NCBI GenBank assembly: GCA_028699175.1
Contig: JAQVVC010000002.1
Span: forward strand, 6,731-46,235
Length of the DNA: 39,505 nt
Source: Bacilli bacterium
GTDB taxonomy: Bacteria > Bacillota_I > Bacilli_A > RF39 > UBA660
Direction of reading: 5' to 3'
This document shows, one piece after another, positions 26,694 through 37,242 of this stretch. Every line of letters begins with the position of its first letter. Positions within the stretch are counted from its first letter, which is position 1. The translations under genes were made by a program, and so were the position numbers. Below the pieces are notes generated by a model. It was not told the DNA's origin and made no database searches. It saw only the letters and a program-made list of their open reading frames with translations.

Positions 26694-27812
26694 TTAATCC
26701 ACCATAAAATCTTTTAATTTTTTAGCTCTAGATGGATGTCTTAATTTTCTTAAAGCTTTAGCTTCTATTTGTCTTATTCTTTCACGAGTAACATTAAATC
26801 TTTTACCAACTTCTTCTAAAGTATAGCTTGTCCCATCAATAAGACCGAAACGAAGTTCTAAAACTTGTTGTTCTCTTGGTTGTAAAGTAGATAATACTGC
26901 TTGAATTTCTTCTTTTAGAATAGTATTAGTTGCAAAATCTTCTGGTGTTTTAGCTCGATCATCAGGTACAAAATCACCAAGACTCGAATCTTCTTCTTCG
27001 CCTATTGGAGTTTCTAAACTTACTGGATCTTGACTGATTTTAATAACTTCTCTCACCTTTTCTACTGAGATACCCATTTTAGCACCAATTTCTTCTTCAG
27101 TAGGTTCGCGGTCTAATTCTAGGGTTAATTGTCTTTGAATTCTAGCCATTTTATTAATGGTTTCAACCATATGAACAGGGACTCTAATTGTTCTTGCTTG
27201 ATCAGCTAGCGCCCTAGTAATAGCTTGTCTTATCCACCAAGTAGCATAGGTACTAAATTTGTATCCTTTACCATAATCAAATTTTTCGACTGCTTTCATT
27301 AAGCCGATATTACCTTCTTGAATTAAATCTAAAAATAATAATCCTCTACCAACATATCTTTTAGCAATTGATACAACTAATCGTAAGTTTGATTCAGCTA
27401 ATATATTTTTAGCTTCTTCATCACCTTCTTCAACTCTTATTGATAAAGCCATTTCTTCTTCAGGACTTAATAATGATATTCTTCCTATTTCTTTTAAATA
27501 CATTCTTACTGGATCATTAATATTAATATTTTTAGTTAAATCAGATTCATTTAAAATTTTTACTTCTGTTTCTTTAATTTTTTCACCTTTTTTATGGGCT
27601 TTTAAATCTTCAGCAGTAATTACATTAATCCCATTATCAATAAAAGTATTATAAAGTTCATCTAATGAATCACCGTCGACATCTAACCCTTTTAATGAAT
27701 TAGCTAATTCTTCAAAGGTAATAAATCCGTTTTTATTTCCTGATTTTAATAAAACTTTTTTTCTTTCTTCTAAAGTTTTTATTTCTTTAATTTCCTTAAT
27801 CATTATTTTCAC
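26694..27812 (-). CDS. sigA: Primary RNA polymerase sigma factor
   Basis: Region 1.2 [11 protein letters not shown]; region 2 [10 protein letters not shown]...[10 protein letters not shown]...[16 protein letters not shown]; region 4.2 [30 protein letters not shown]. The track start is GTG 27812; ATG 27803 is possible. Confidence 0.95.
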   Translation of the reverse strand: MKIMIKEIKEIKTLEERKKVLLKSGNKNGFITFEELANSLKGLDVDGDSLDELYNTFIDNGINVITAEDLKAHKKGEKIKETEVKILNESDLTKNININDPVRMYLKEIGRISLLSPEEEMALSIRVEEGDEEAKNILAESNLRLVVSIAKRYVGRGLLFLDLIQEGNIGLMKAVEKFDYGKGYKFSTYATWWIRQAITRALADQARTIRVPVHMVETINKMARIQRQLTLELDREPTEEEIGAKMGISVEKVREVIKISQDPVSLETPIGEEEDSSLGDFVPDDRAKTPEDFATNTILKEEIQAVLSTLQPREQQVLELRFGLIDGTSYTLEEVGKRFNVTRERIRQIEAKALRKLRHPSRAKKLKDFMVD

Positions 27813-29529
27813 ACTCTCTTTTTAATTTAATTATTAAATCATTAATTTCTTGTTTTTTATTTATATCTGATTCTGTTTTTAATTCTTTTAATAAAGTATT
27901 AATTTGTTCTTCTTTAATCCATTTATAAATAAACAAAATATAGTCATCAAATTCATCATATATTGGTTCATTATATTCATAATTATTTATTATCCTTAAT
28001 ACTGTTTCATAATATTCATTATTAGTTTCAAATGAAATAAAATCAGCAATATTAAAATCTTTATTAATTTTATAAAATGCTAAAATATCATTAGCTATCT
28101 GCCCATATTCTTTATCAGGAATATAACCTAAATCTTTTTCATATTTACGAATATATTTTACATCTTTCAGCATCATATAAATAAGGGTTTCACTTATTTT
28201 TTTATTTTTATTAAGTTTTAAAGGCTTTTTGACTATTTTATACTCTTTTAATTTCACTTCTTTTTTTATTAATTTACTATATAATAAGTTTTTATCAACA
28301 CCAAACTCTTTATTTAAATTATTAATTGTAACTTCTTTTAAAATATCATCATTTACATTATTTAATTCATCTATAATAGCGTTTATATAACTAGCTAAAT
28401 CTTTACTTTTATTTAAATCTTTATTTTTTTTAAAATATAATAATTTATAATCAAAAAAAGATATTGGATTTTTAATAACTTCTTTAAATTTATTTTCACC
28501 ATTTTTAATGATATAATCATCTGGATCTTTTTCGCCACTAATTCTTACTACAGCAACATTAATATCATATTTTAATAATTCTTCACCAGCAGATAGAGTA
28601 CTTTTCTCCCCTGCTTCATCATTATCCATTAATAATATTATTTTAACATTCAATTTTTTTAATAATAAAGCATGTTCCTTAGTTAATGCTGTTCCCATTG
28701 TTGCAACAACATTTTTAACTCCAATAGTATACATTCTAATAACGTCTAAAAAACCTTCTACAATAAATATTTCTTTACTTTTTTTAGCTTCACTTTTGGC
28801 TTTATCATAATTATATAAAATATTACTTTTTTTAAATATAATAGATTCTTTACTATTTATATATTTATTAGTATCTTCATTATTATATATTCGGCCACTA
28901 AATGCTACTATATCGCCTTTTTCATTATTTATCGGAAACATTATCCGGTTTCTAAATACGTCGTAAAGATTATCACTTTTATTTGCTAAACCAATTTCAA
29001 TAATTTGTTTTTCGGTATACTTTTTATTTATTAATAATTTAGATAAATTATTATCATTAAACGATACTCCAATATTAAATTCATTTATAGTTTCATCAAA
29101 TATCTTTCTTTTATTTAAATATTCTTTAGCAAAAAGACCTTCCTTACTTTTTAAATTATTTAAATAATATTTATTAGCAAGATTCATTATTTCATAATAT
29201 TCATGATTCATTTTATTTTCAGATATTTTATAATCAACGTTGTGACCTATCTTTATTCCTACTAATTTTACTGCTTCAGGAAAAGTAATATTTTCATAAT
29301 CTTTGACAAAAGAAAAAACATTTCCTGATACTCCACAAACAAAACAAGTATAAATTTGTTTTTCTGGTGAAACACTTAAAGATGGATTATGGTCATCATG
29401 AAATGGACAAACTCCAAAATAATTTTTACCTTTTGGTTCTAAATTAATATAAGAAGAAATTACATCAACTATATTAGCTTTGTTTCTAATTAAATTTATT
29501 TCTTCATTTGGTATCACCTTATAAATCAC
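27796..29529 (-). CDS. dnaG: DNA primase
   Basis: Zinc ribbon [26 protein letters not shown]. Toprim IVEGFLDVI...[11 protein letters not shown]. Overlaps the sigA start. Confidence 0.95.
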   Translation of the reverse strand: MIYKVIPNEEINLIRNKANIVDVISSYINLEPKGKNYFGVCPFHDDHNPSLSVSPEKQIYTCFVCGVSGNVFSFVKDYENITFPEAVKLVGIKIGHNVDYKISENKMNHEYYEIMNLANKYYLNNLKSKEGLFAKEYLNKRKIFDETINEFNIGVSFNDNNLSKLLINKKYTEKQIIEIGLANKSDNLYDVFRNRIMFPINNEKGDIVAFSGRIYNNEDTNKYINSKESIIFKKSNILYNYDKAKSEAKKSKEIFIVEGFLDVIRMYTIGVKNVVATMGTALTKEHALLLKKLNVKIILLMDNDEAGEKSTLSAGEELLKYDINVAVVRISGEKDPDDYIIKNGENKFKEVIKNPISFFDYKLLYFKKNKDLNKSKDLASYINAIIDELNNVNDDILKEVTINNLNKEFGVDKNLLYSKLIKKEVKLKEYKIVKKPLKLNKNKKISETLIYMMLKDVKYIRKYEKDLGYIPDKEYGQIANDILAFYKINKDFNIADFISFETNNEYYETVLRIINNYEYNEPIYDEFDDYILFIYKWIKEEQINTLLKELKTESDINKKQEINDLIIKLKRECENND

Positions 29530-29612
29530 CCTCTGTTTATTATATATTCACTTATTAATGGCCTTTTCCTTTATTTTTTAGGCAAATTTTAAATATTTTA
29601 ACTTTTTATGAT

Positions 29613-29634
29613 GAAAAAAAGCCGTTTTTGGCTT
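29613..29634 (-). terminator. Intrinsic terminator after the RnfD-like gene
   Basis: The minus strand reads AGCC aaaaac GGCT followed by T7 (29613-29619 on the plus strand is A7). The stem overlaps the stop codon. Confidence 0.7.
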
Positions 29635-30535
29635 ATTTTAAACATAATTTGTCAATAAAATCATGTAAAATACTTACTATTAATATGGCTCCTAAAACAG
29701 CAAGAGTTGGTTCTATTAAAAAGAAAATAAAAGTAAATACACCTAATAGCAAACTATAAATTAACTTTCCATACATTGTATATGAACTCGATATTGGATC
29801 AGTTGCAATATAAATAAAACAAAATAAAATCCCATTTGAAAATATATTATTAAATATTAATTCTATTTCATTATTATATATTCCATAACCACATATTAGA
29901 AATGTAAATGTTAAAGCACTAAATAAAGGAATCATTTTTTTATAATAACTTTTACTGGCTAAAATAATTAAACTTATAAGCAATAATAATCCATAAGTAG
30001 TGTTTATTCCACCACTACCTTTACCTATTAAATAATCAAATGAACTTAAATTAAAAGTTTTAGTTGCTTCATAAATATTAAGAAATGTAAAAGAAGATGT
30101 TATATTAATAATAAATATTATAATTAAAGAAGTAAATGCCATGATATTTATTTTAGTATTTCTTATAAATTTACTAATCATAAATATTATAAATGTAACA
30201 ATTATATATAAAAATATATTAGTATTAATACTAATAATTGAACCTATTATTATTCCATATATAGGATGAAATGAAGAAAATATCTTATTACTTAATGTAT
30301 CTTTATTTTTTTTAATTAAATTTTCATATATTAAATTAACTAATATTCCAATTAAAAAACCACTTATAGTAATCATTAAAGGTTTAAATAGCCCATAAAT
30401 ATTTACTAAATCATTAATATATAATTTTATTCCATTCTTATAAAAACCAGCTAAAATCAAGGGAATAAGAGATAATAAAATATATTTAGATATTTTTTTA
30501 ATTGAATAATCACTTCTTAAATAGATATTATTCAT
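29633..30535 (-). CDS. RnfD/NqrB-family-like polytopic membrane protein (divergent)
   Basis: 300 aa. ILLSLIPLILAGFYKNG (RnfD N-terminal LlP..g.y.fG), LIGKGSGGINTTYGLLLLISLIIL (in place of G..GsiGEtS.lalLlGg) and IYIATDPISSSYTMYGKLIYSLLLG (ATDPVTsP.t..Gr.iyG). Confidence 0.6.
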   Translation of the reverse strand: MNNIYLRSDYSIKKISKYILLSLIPLILAGFYKNGIKLYINDLVNIYGLFKPLMITISGFLIGILVNLIYENLIKKNKDTLSNKIFSSFHPIYGIIIGSIISINTNIFLYIIVTFIIFMISKFIRNTKINIMAFTSLIIIFIINITSSFTFLNIYEATKTFNLSSFDYLIGKGSGGINTTYGLLLLISLIILASKSYYKKMIPLFSALTFTFLICGYGIYNNEIELIFNNIFSNGILFCFIYIATDPISSSYTMYGKLIYSLLLGVFTFIFFLIEPTLAVLGAILIVSILHDFIDKLCLK

Positions 30536-31665
30536 TTTTTAACCACCCTATCTTTAAAATTAATTTTAGATGGGCATATGTAAGTGCATATTCCACAATT
30601 TATACATTTATCAAGTTTATAATTATTTCTCACATCACATCCAACTGGACATTTTCGATGACATAATCCACAATTTATACATTCTTTTGCTTCTTCTTGA
30701 TCTAATGAATTTATAAAAATACTTTTAATTTTTCTAGTTATTACTACATCTTTAGACTCAACTTCATATCCACTTAATAAACCATTAATAATTATTTTAT
30801 AATCATCATTTATTATGTTAATATTATTATTTAAAATATCTTTTAAAGATGTTCCAATTTTAACATTAATAACTTTTGCTTTTTCAATAGCGTCTCCTGA
30901 TATAGTAATTATTTTTTCAGTTATAGGTCTTTTTTTTCTTAATACATTATAAATTGCTAAAACATCTTCGATAGTTAAATAGATTATTTTATTATTATTT
31001 TTTAATAGATTTAATTCATCTATTAGGATATCTTTATGACCTAACGGGTATAAATTTGGCATTAATTTTAATTCGATATTAGGATATGTCCCTATTTGAT
31101 AAACTAATTTTTCTATTATTTTACTATCATTATTCTTGATAGCTAGAATACATTTATGACATTTAAAAATATCATACATAGCATCAATAGTTTCTAGTAT
31201 TTCACTACTATATTTACTTATAATAGTTTTATATGTTTCTTCATAAATTTCTAAATCAATACCATTTATTAGCATTAAATTACCAGCTAAATTTTTATTA
31301 AAAGCATTATATTCTTTTATTAGTTTATTAACTTCGTCTTTTTGATAATTGTAAATATTTTTTTTGGCTGGAGAAATTTTTTTTGTTGTTTCTTTAAAAT
31401 CATTTTCAATTACTATACAAGGTACTTTTTGGTTATTAATAATCATATTAGTAACACCTAGTACAATGCCAGAAATAGGACTATATATATTTTTATTATC
31501 TTTTGTTAAAAGGATACTTTCCTTTATTACTTTTTCTTTAATTTTTATATTAAGATTATAGACTTTTTCATAAGGAATATATATATAATCCGGATTTAAA
31601 TAATCAATTATTTTGGGATCAGTATTATATGCTTTATTATTTTTAATACAAATTAAACTACCCAT
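30532..31665 (-). CDS. RnfC-like iron-sulfur protein (divergent; FMN/NADH motif not recognisable)
   Basis: 377 aa. RnfC_N-like barrel (IYSPISGIVLGVTN...VPCIVIEND), SLBB-like ITISGDAIEKAKVINVKIGTSLKDIL, and two ferredoxin motifs CINCGLCHRKCP and CINCGICTYICP (about 30560-30690). 4-nt overlap with the RnfD-like gene. Confidence 0.65.
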   Translation of the reverse strand: MGSLICIKNNKAYNTDPKIIDYLNPDYIYIPYEKVYNLNIKIKEKVIKESILLTKDNKNIYSPISGIVLGVTNMIINNQKVPCIVIENDFKETTKKISPAKKNIYNYQKDEVNKLIKEYNAFNKNLAGNLMLINGIDLEIYEETYKTIISKYSSEILETIDAMYDIFKCHKCILAIKNNDSKIIEKLVYQIGTYPNIELKLMPNLYPLGHKDILIDELNLLKNNNKIIYLTIEDVLAIYNVLRKKRPITEKIITISGDAIEKAKVINVKIGTSLKDILNNNINIINDDYKIIINGLLSGYEVESKDVVITRKIKSIFINSLDQEEAKECINCGLCHRKCPVGCDVRNNYKLDKCINCGICTYICPSKINFKDRVVKK

Positions 31666-31731
31666 CTTATACCACCTGAATATTATTATATCATGCTACA
31701 TAATAAAAATAAACAAGACCTAAATCTATTC

Positions 31732-32895
31732 TTATAAAGAATTATTAGTTTTTTTTATATTTTTATCTTGAAGTTTATTTAAAATAGAATTATATACATC
31801 CTTTAGAATTATATTATTTATATCATGATTTATTTTATTTAGTTCTACTTTCATAAAATCACTGTAAGGCAAAAAAATTATTTTTAAACCTTTAAAATGA
31901 AAAGCTAATCTATTAAATGTTCTTAAAAATTTATCAGTAATATTATTTTGTAATTCATTATTTCTATCGTGAAATAGTTTAGTATAATCTTTATTTGTTT
32001 GTCTTTGAGCTATTATCTCTCTTGATAAATATCTAACCGGTAAATATGTTACTGCTCTTATATCAGTTATATTTTCTTTTTCTAATAAGCTAATAAAAAT
32101 AAATAAGGATAACAAAGCAGATGGCGAAATATCGGAAATGTTTTCAGGATAATAATCACTTTTACCCATTTTATATTTTTTATAGTCTTCACTTTCAACA
32201 TTTAATACCCCGGAATTTAATTTATACAATTCACGACCAACTTTTTTTGAATACTTTGTTTTTTCTTCTTTTTTAGTTTTAGGGTTAATTATTGAATAAA
32301 TATAACAAACTTTTTCATTATCAGAATTTAATCTAATACCATAAGAAATATTAGGTAATATATATTCAAATTTTTCATTATTAATTTCTTTATACAAAGT
32401 TATATTGATTTTATTATTTGTTTCCATAAATACACTTTGATCAGTATTTTTAATATTAATAATGCTCCCATCAAAACTATTTAGTAAAGGAATATTAATT
32501 CCTTGATTTAAATAATCGAAAGTATCATCTTTTAAAAAAGAAATATTTCTATCAATTAGTTCTAAAGGATTTGCAAAATCTTCAGAAGTTGCGTTAACAA
32601 AAAGATAAGTTACTAAAGTTTTAAGTTTATTTCTTTCTCTATCTTTTGAAAAATTAGGAAATTTTTTAACTTTATCAATAGCTATACTAAGATACTCTGT
32701 TAACTTAGCAAAAAAAAATTTTTTATTTTTTATCATTAATATCGGAAAATTATCATCTTTCTTATAAGATATTACTTTATTTTCTTCATATATCATTGAA
32801 TTAAATCCAATTGGAAATGGATCTCCATCAATTATTATATTCCCATTACTTGCTTCTATTAAGACTTCATTTAATAACTCATCCAATTTTAACAT
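31732..32895 (-). CDS. Hypothetical protein (387 aa) with no recognisable domain
   Basis: Long uninterrupted ORF upstream of and co-oriented with the RnfC-like gene (66-nt gap). Weak AAGAG SD. A possible TTGCAC-17-TATATA promoter lies upstream. Confidence 0.55.
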   Translation of the reverse strand: MLKLDELLNEVLIEASNGNIIIDGDPFPIGFNSMIYEENKVISYKKDDNFPILMIKNKKFFFAKLTEYLSIAIDKVKKFPNFSKDRERNKLKTLVTYLFVNATSEDFANPLELIDRNISFLKDDTFDYLNQGINIPLLNSFDGSIINIKNTDQSVFMETNNKINITLYKEINNEKFEYILPNISYGIRLNSDNEKVCYIYSIINPKTKKEEKTKYSKKVGRELYKLNSGVLNVESEDYKKYKMGKSDYYPENISDISPSALLSLFIFISLLEKENITDIRAVTYLPVRYLSREIIAQRQTNKDYTKLFHDRNNELQNNITDKFLRTFNRLAFHFKGLKIIFLPYSDFMKVELNKINHDINNIILKDVYNSILNKLQDKNIKKTNNSL

Positions 32896-33147
32896 CTCTT
32901 TTCATTTTTTTATTTTAAATCGGTTTCCGGTATTATTATATATTAATGTAAATATAATAGTGCAAAAAAACAATATCATACCTAAGAAAACTTATTACAA
33001 ATAAAAACATTACTTGCCTATAAATTTATATAGAGAAATTTTATCATATTCAGCTTTTTTTTAAGCTATTATAACCAAATATTAAATAAACCCTTTTCCT
33101 TAATCACCTTATATAATTATATCAAAAAAATAATAGTTATTATACTA

Positions 33148-35169
33148 TTATTTTTTATAATTACAGGAACTACATTTTATGATTTTACCTTTTTCAACCA
33201 TTAAACTTGAACATTCTGGACATTTATCTCCAGTTGGTTTATCCCATAATGCAAATTTACAATTTGGATAGTTACTGCATCCATAAAATAATTTTCCTTT
33301 TCTTGTAGGTTTTTGGATAATATCATTATTACATTCTGGACATTTACCAACAATTATTTTTTCTTTTTCTTCTTTTTTAATATATCTACAAGTAGGATAA
33401 TTACTACAAGCAGTAAATTCTCCATATCTACCTTTTCTTATTACTAAATCACTATTACAATCAGGGCATTTTTCACCAGTAAGTAATGGGGCTTTTTTTT
33501 CCATTTCAGCAAATGCTTTATCTACTAAAGGCTCAAATTTATTATAAAAATCAGTTAATACTTTAATGTGGTCTATTTTATTATCAGCAATTTTATCTAA
33601 ATCATTTTCCATATTAGCTGTATATTCAATATTAATAATATTTTGAAAGTATTCTTGTAATTTATCAGTTGTTTCGATCCCTGTTTCGGTAGGATGAAAT
33701 TTTTTATCAATTACGCTTACATAATCCCTAGCTTTAATAGTTTCCATTATTTTTGAATATGTACTAGGCCTTCCAATACCTAATGCTTCTAATTCTTTAA
33801 TTAAAGTTGATTCAGTATACCTTGCAGCTGGTTTAGTAAAATGTTGAGAAGGGAGGATATCATTTGCGATTAAAATATTAGTTTTATAATTACTAAAATC
33901 AGGTAAAATAACATCCTCATTATTAACATATTTACCATAAACTTTTAAGTAACCATCAAAGGTTAATATACTACCTGTACTTTTAAAAGTATAACCATTA
34001 TTTTCTAATATTAAAGTTGTTGCTAAAGTTTTAGCATCAGACATTAATGAAGCTAAAGCTCGATAATAGATTATACTATATATTTTATATTCATCATTTG
34101 ATAAATAGTCTTTTATTGATTCGGGTGTTCTTTCAATAGATGTAGGCCTTATTGCTTCATGAGCATCTTGAACTTTATTTTTACTTTTATTTGTTTTTAC
34201 ATAGCCAATATAATTATCGCCATATTTTTTCTTAATATATTTATATGTATCGTCAATAAACCCAGGAGAAAGACGAGTAGAATCGGTACGCATATAGGTA
34301 ATTAAACCAACTGTTTCGGTTCCTATGTTAACACTCTCATATAATTTTTGCGCAATTTTCATAGTTTTACTTGATCCAAAATTTAATCTATTAGCGCATG
34401 TTTGTTGTAGAGTTGATGTTGTAAAAGGCATTACGCCTTTTTTAGTTTTTTCTTTTTGTTCTATATTTTCAATAACAAATGATTTAGAAAGTTTATTTAA
34501 AATTTCATTTGCTTCTGCCTCACCAGTTATTTTAATTTTTTTACCACGGTATTTTTCTAAAATACTTTCAAAGTCTTTAAATTGAGCGGTAATATTCCAG
34601 TATTCTTCCGGAATAAATGCTTCTATTTCTCTTTCTCTATCAACTATTAATTTAAGAGCAACACTTTGAACTCTTCCTGCTGATTTTCCACCTGTTTTAG
34701 ATTGCATTAATTTAGATAATCTAAAACCGATAATTCGGTCAAGCATTCTTCTTGTTTCTTGACTTTTAACTAAATCATTATTTATTTTAATAGGATTTTT
34801 AAAAGCTTTTAATACCGCATCTTTAGTTATTTCATTAAATATGACTCTTTCATAAATTTCATCGTTTAATTCTAAAGAATCATATAAATGCCAACTAATA
34901 GCTTCTCCCTCTCTATCTGGATCAGTAGCTAAATAGACATAATTAGAATTTAATACATCTTTTTTTAATTCTTTAATAACTGCATTTTTACCTTTAGCTG
35001 GTTTATAATTGGGTTTAAAATTATTCTCAATATCAATTCCTAGACCATATTTACCAGTAGTAGCTAAATCTCTAATATGACCTTTACTAGAAACTACTTT
35101 ATAGTCTTTTCCTAAATATTTTTCGATTGTTTTAGTTTTAGATGGTGATTCTACAATTACTAGTTTCAT
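33148..35169 (-). CDS. topA: DNA topoisomerase I
   Basis: Toprim MKLVIVESPSKTKTIEKYLG...ATDPDREGEAISWH. Active-site ITYMRTDSTRLS. Three C-terminal C4 zinc ribbons (CPDCNSDL..C..C, CPECNNDI.., CPECSSLM..). Confidence 0.95.
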   Translation of the reverse strand: MKLVIVESPSKTKTIEKYLGKDYKVVSSKGHIRDLATTGKYGLGIDIENNFKPNYKPAKGKNAVIKELKKDVLNSNYVYLATDPDREGEAISWHLYDSLELNDEIYERVIFNEITKDAVLKAFKNPIKINNDLVKSQETRRMLDRIIGFRLSKLMQSKTGGKSAGRVQSVALKLIVDREREIEAFIPEEYWNITAQFKDFESILEKYRGKKIKITGEAEANEILNKLSKSFVIENIEQKEKTKKGVMPFTTSTLQQTCANRLNFGSSKTMKIAQKLYESVNIGTETVGLITYMRTDSTRLSPGFIDDTYKYIKKKYGDNYIGYVKTNKSKNKVQDAHEAIRPTSIERTPESIKDYLSNDEYKIYSIIYYRALASLMSDAKTLATTLILENNGYTFKSTGSILTFDGYLKVYGKYVNNEDVILPDFSNYKTNILIANDILPSQHFTKPAARYTESTLIKELEALGIGRPSTYSKIMETIKARDYVSVIDKKFHPTETGIETTDKLQEYFQNIINIEYTANMENDLDKIADNKIDHIKVLTDFYNKFEPLVDKAFAEMEKKAPLLTGEKCPDCNSDLVIRKGRYGEFTACSNYPTCRYIKKEEKEKIIVGKCPECNNDIIQKPTRKGKLFYGCSNYPNCKFALWDKPTGDKCPECSSLMVEKGKIIKCSSCNYKK

Positions 35170-35181
35170 TAAATTTTCCTC

Positions 35182-37242
35182 CTATTCTTCAATTACTGGT
35201 TCTAAAGTTTCTTCTATTTTCGGATATATTTTTAGTCCATTTTCTAAATAATTAAAATAATTGTTTTTAATAGCAAGTGAACTCATTTTTTGTTTTAAAT
35301 TTATTTCATAATTTATTTGAATTAATTCTTCATTATTATATGTAAAATCATTATTTATAGAATTAATAAATTTACTATTAGTGCTACTATAAAAACCATT
35401 TTTATTTTGCCATGAACCATCAGCAAATATTACTCGATCATCATAATCACTAAAAATATCATTTCCTAAATAAAGACGAGGATCATAATTCATATTAAAA
35501 AAATTAAGAATCGTAGGTGCTAAATCTATTAAAGAAGTATATTTATATATTTGCTCAGCTTCTTTTTCAGAATTATAAATTATAAGTGGGGTTCTGTCAA
35601 CTTCATTATTAATTAATTCATAGTTCATTATTTCATCTAAATATTTATTACTAATACCATAAGGATAATGATCTCCGAATAAAACTATTACTGTATCATT
35701 TAGTTTACCGCTTTCTTCTAATTTTTGCATTAGTAAACCAATAGCTGCATCTAGTTCAAGCAATTTTGATAAATATCTTTTAATTGGTTTACTATAATTA
35801 TATTGAGTAAGTCGATCTAAATTTTTATTTCCATATTCACTGTCTACTGAATATGGTTGATGAGAAGTTACTGATATTAAGAAAGCCATAAATTTATCTT
35901 CATTAATAAAATATGGTACTGATTTTTCTATTAAATCAACATCACTAGGCCATTCTTTATATAATGAACTCCATTTTATACTTAAATCTGGTGCATTACG
36001 ATATATTTGACTTCCCATATTTGCATGTATTATTCTTCTTGAATAATAAAATTCAGCATAATCATGATAACTACTAGTAGAATATCCTATATTATTAAAA
36101 TGATTAAACAAAGATTGATAATAAGTATTTCTTTTATAGGTATTTGCAGTACAGGTATTATTTATTGTATAAAGACCGGTAATAACCGTCATTTCATTAT
36201 TTCCAGTACTACAACTATTACGCGGTGAATAATTATTTCTAAAACTGATTCCTTCATTATATAATTTATATATATTAGGAAATAATTCTTCATTGATTAA
36301 TATATCATTAGCTGATTCCATAAGAATCATAATTAAATTTTTACCTTCAAAAAGACCTGTATATTCATTTTTAGGAGTAATTTCTCGATTTATAAAATAA
36401 TTGTTTAAATTATTATAATTATTATTAGTTTCATTTAATATTAATTCTTTCCAAGAATAATCATCTATTATTCTTGAATAATCAGTTATATGACTTTTTA
36501 TATCTTCATTTAAATATGTGTAAACATAATCGTTATTATAATTTAATTTAAATATTACACTATTTAAATCAGTTATTCCATAAACTATAACTCCGAATTG
36601 ACATACTGATAAATTAGAGTTTTCAGGATATCTAATTAAAGATAAATTATTTGTAGACTGCAACTCATTTTGCATAAATTTTACCTTTAAAGAATAATAA
36701 TATCCAAAAAATAATATTACAATTATAATTAACACTATAAAATAAGTAAGAATTTTTTGAGATTTTTTTTCAATATAGAATTTAAAATAAACTGTTTTAT
36801 TTAATTTTTTTAGTTTAAGTTTCTTTTCTAAGTACCAATAATAAATAAGTATTAAAATAAATGGTATTAATAATAAATAAGTAGTACTTTTAGCAGCAGT
36901 TAAATATTCTTTAATATAATCTATAACTTTAGTTCCTTGTTCAGCATTTCCAACTCCCATAAAAAATCCCAGATAAAAATAAAGATTTACTTCAACCCAT
37001 GCGTATACAACTATAGTAGTACTTACTAAAGTAGCAATGATTTTTTTAATTAAATTATTTTTGACACTAATAATCAAGCCAATAATTAAAGCAAGTATTA
37101 AAGAACTAAATGATATTCTTAATATCGGCCACCCAATGATATCACTTAAAGTATTGAATCTTACAATAAGTTCGATACTAAATATATATAAAAAGAAAAT
37201 AAATGTATTTTTAAATATTTGTTTTCCTAATTTTTCTTTCAT
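35182..37242 (-). CDS. LTA synthase (LtaS) family sulfatase-domain membrane protein
   Basis: 686 aa with about 5 N-terminal TM helices and an extracellular sulfatase-like domain (NLIMILMESAN, NNEMTVITGLY, TSHQPY, VIVLFGDHYP). Confidence 0.85.
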   Translation of the reverse strand: MKEKLGKQIFKNTFIFFLYIFSIELIVRFNTLSDIIGWPILRISFSSLILALIIGLIISVKNNLIKKIIATLVSTTIVVYAWVEVNLYFYLGFFMGVGNAEQGTKVIDYIKEYLTAAKSTTYLLLIPFILILIYYWYLEKKLKLKKLNKTVYFKFYIEKKSQKILTYFIVLIIIVILFFGYYYSLKVKFMQNELQSTNNLSLIRYPENSNLSVCQFGVIVYGITDLNSVIFKLNYNNDYVYTYLNEDIKSHITDYSRIIDDYSWKELILNETNNNYNNLNNYFINREITPKNEYTGLFEGKNLIMILMESANDILINEELFPNIYKLYNEGISFRNNYSPRNSCSTGNNEMTVITGLYTINNTCTANTYKRNTYYQSLFNHFNNIGYSTSSYHDYAEFYYSRRIIHANMGSQIYRNAPDLSIKWSSLYKEWPSDVDLIEKSVPYFINEDKFMAFLISVTSHQPYSVDSEYGNKNLDRLTQYNYSKPIKRYLSKLLELDAAIGLLMQKLEESGKLNDTVIVLFGDHYPYGISNKYLDEIMNYELINNEVDRTPLIIYNSEKEAEQIYKYTSLIDLAPTILNFFNMNYDPRLYLGNDIFSDYDDRVIFADGSWQNKNGFYSSTNSKFINSINNDFTYNNEELIQINYEINLKQKMSSLAIKNNYFNYLENGLKIYPKIEETLEPVIEE

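Noticed and set aside
33052-33067. AGCTT-T6-AAGCT hairpin as the topA terminator
   Set aside because: No U-tract follows on the minus (topA) strand, and the stem is only 5 bp.
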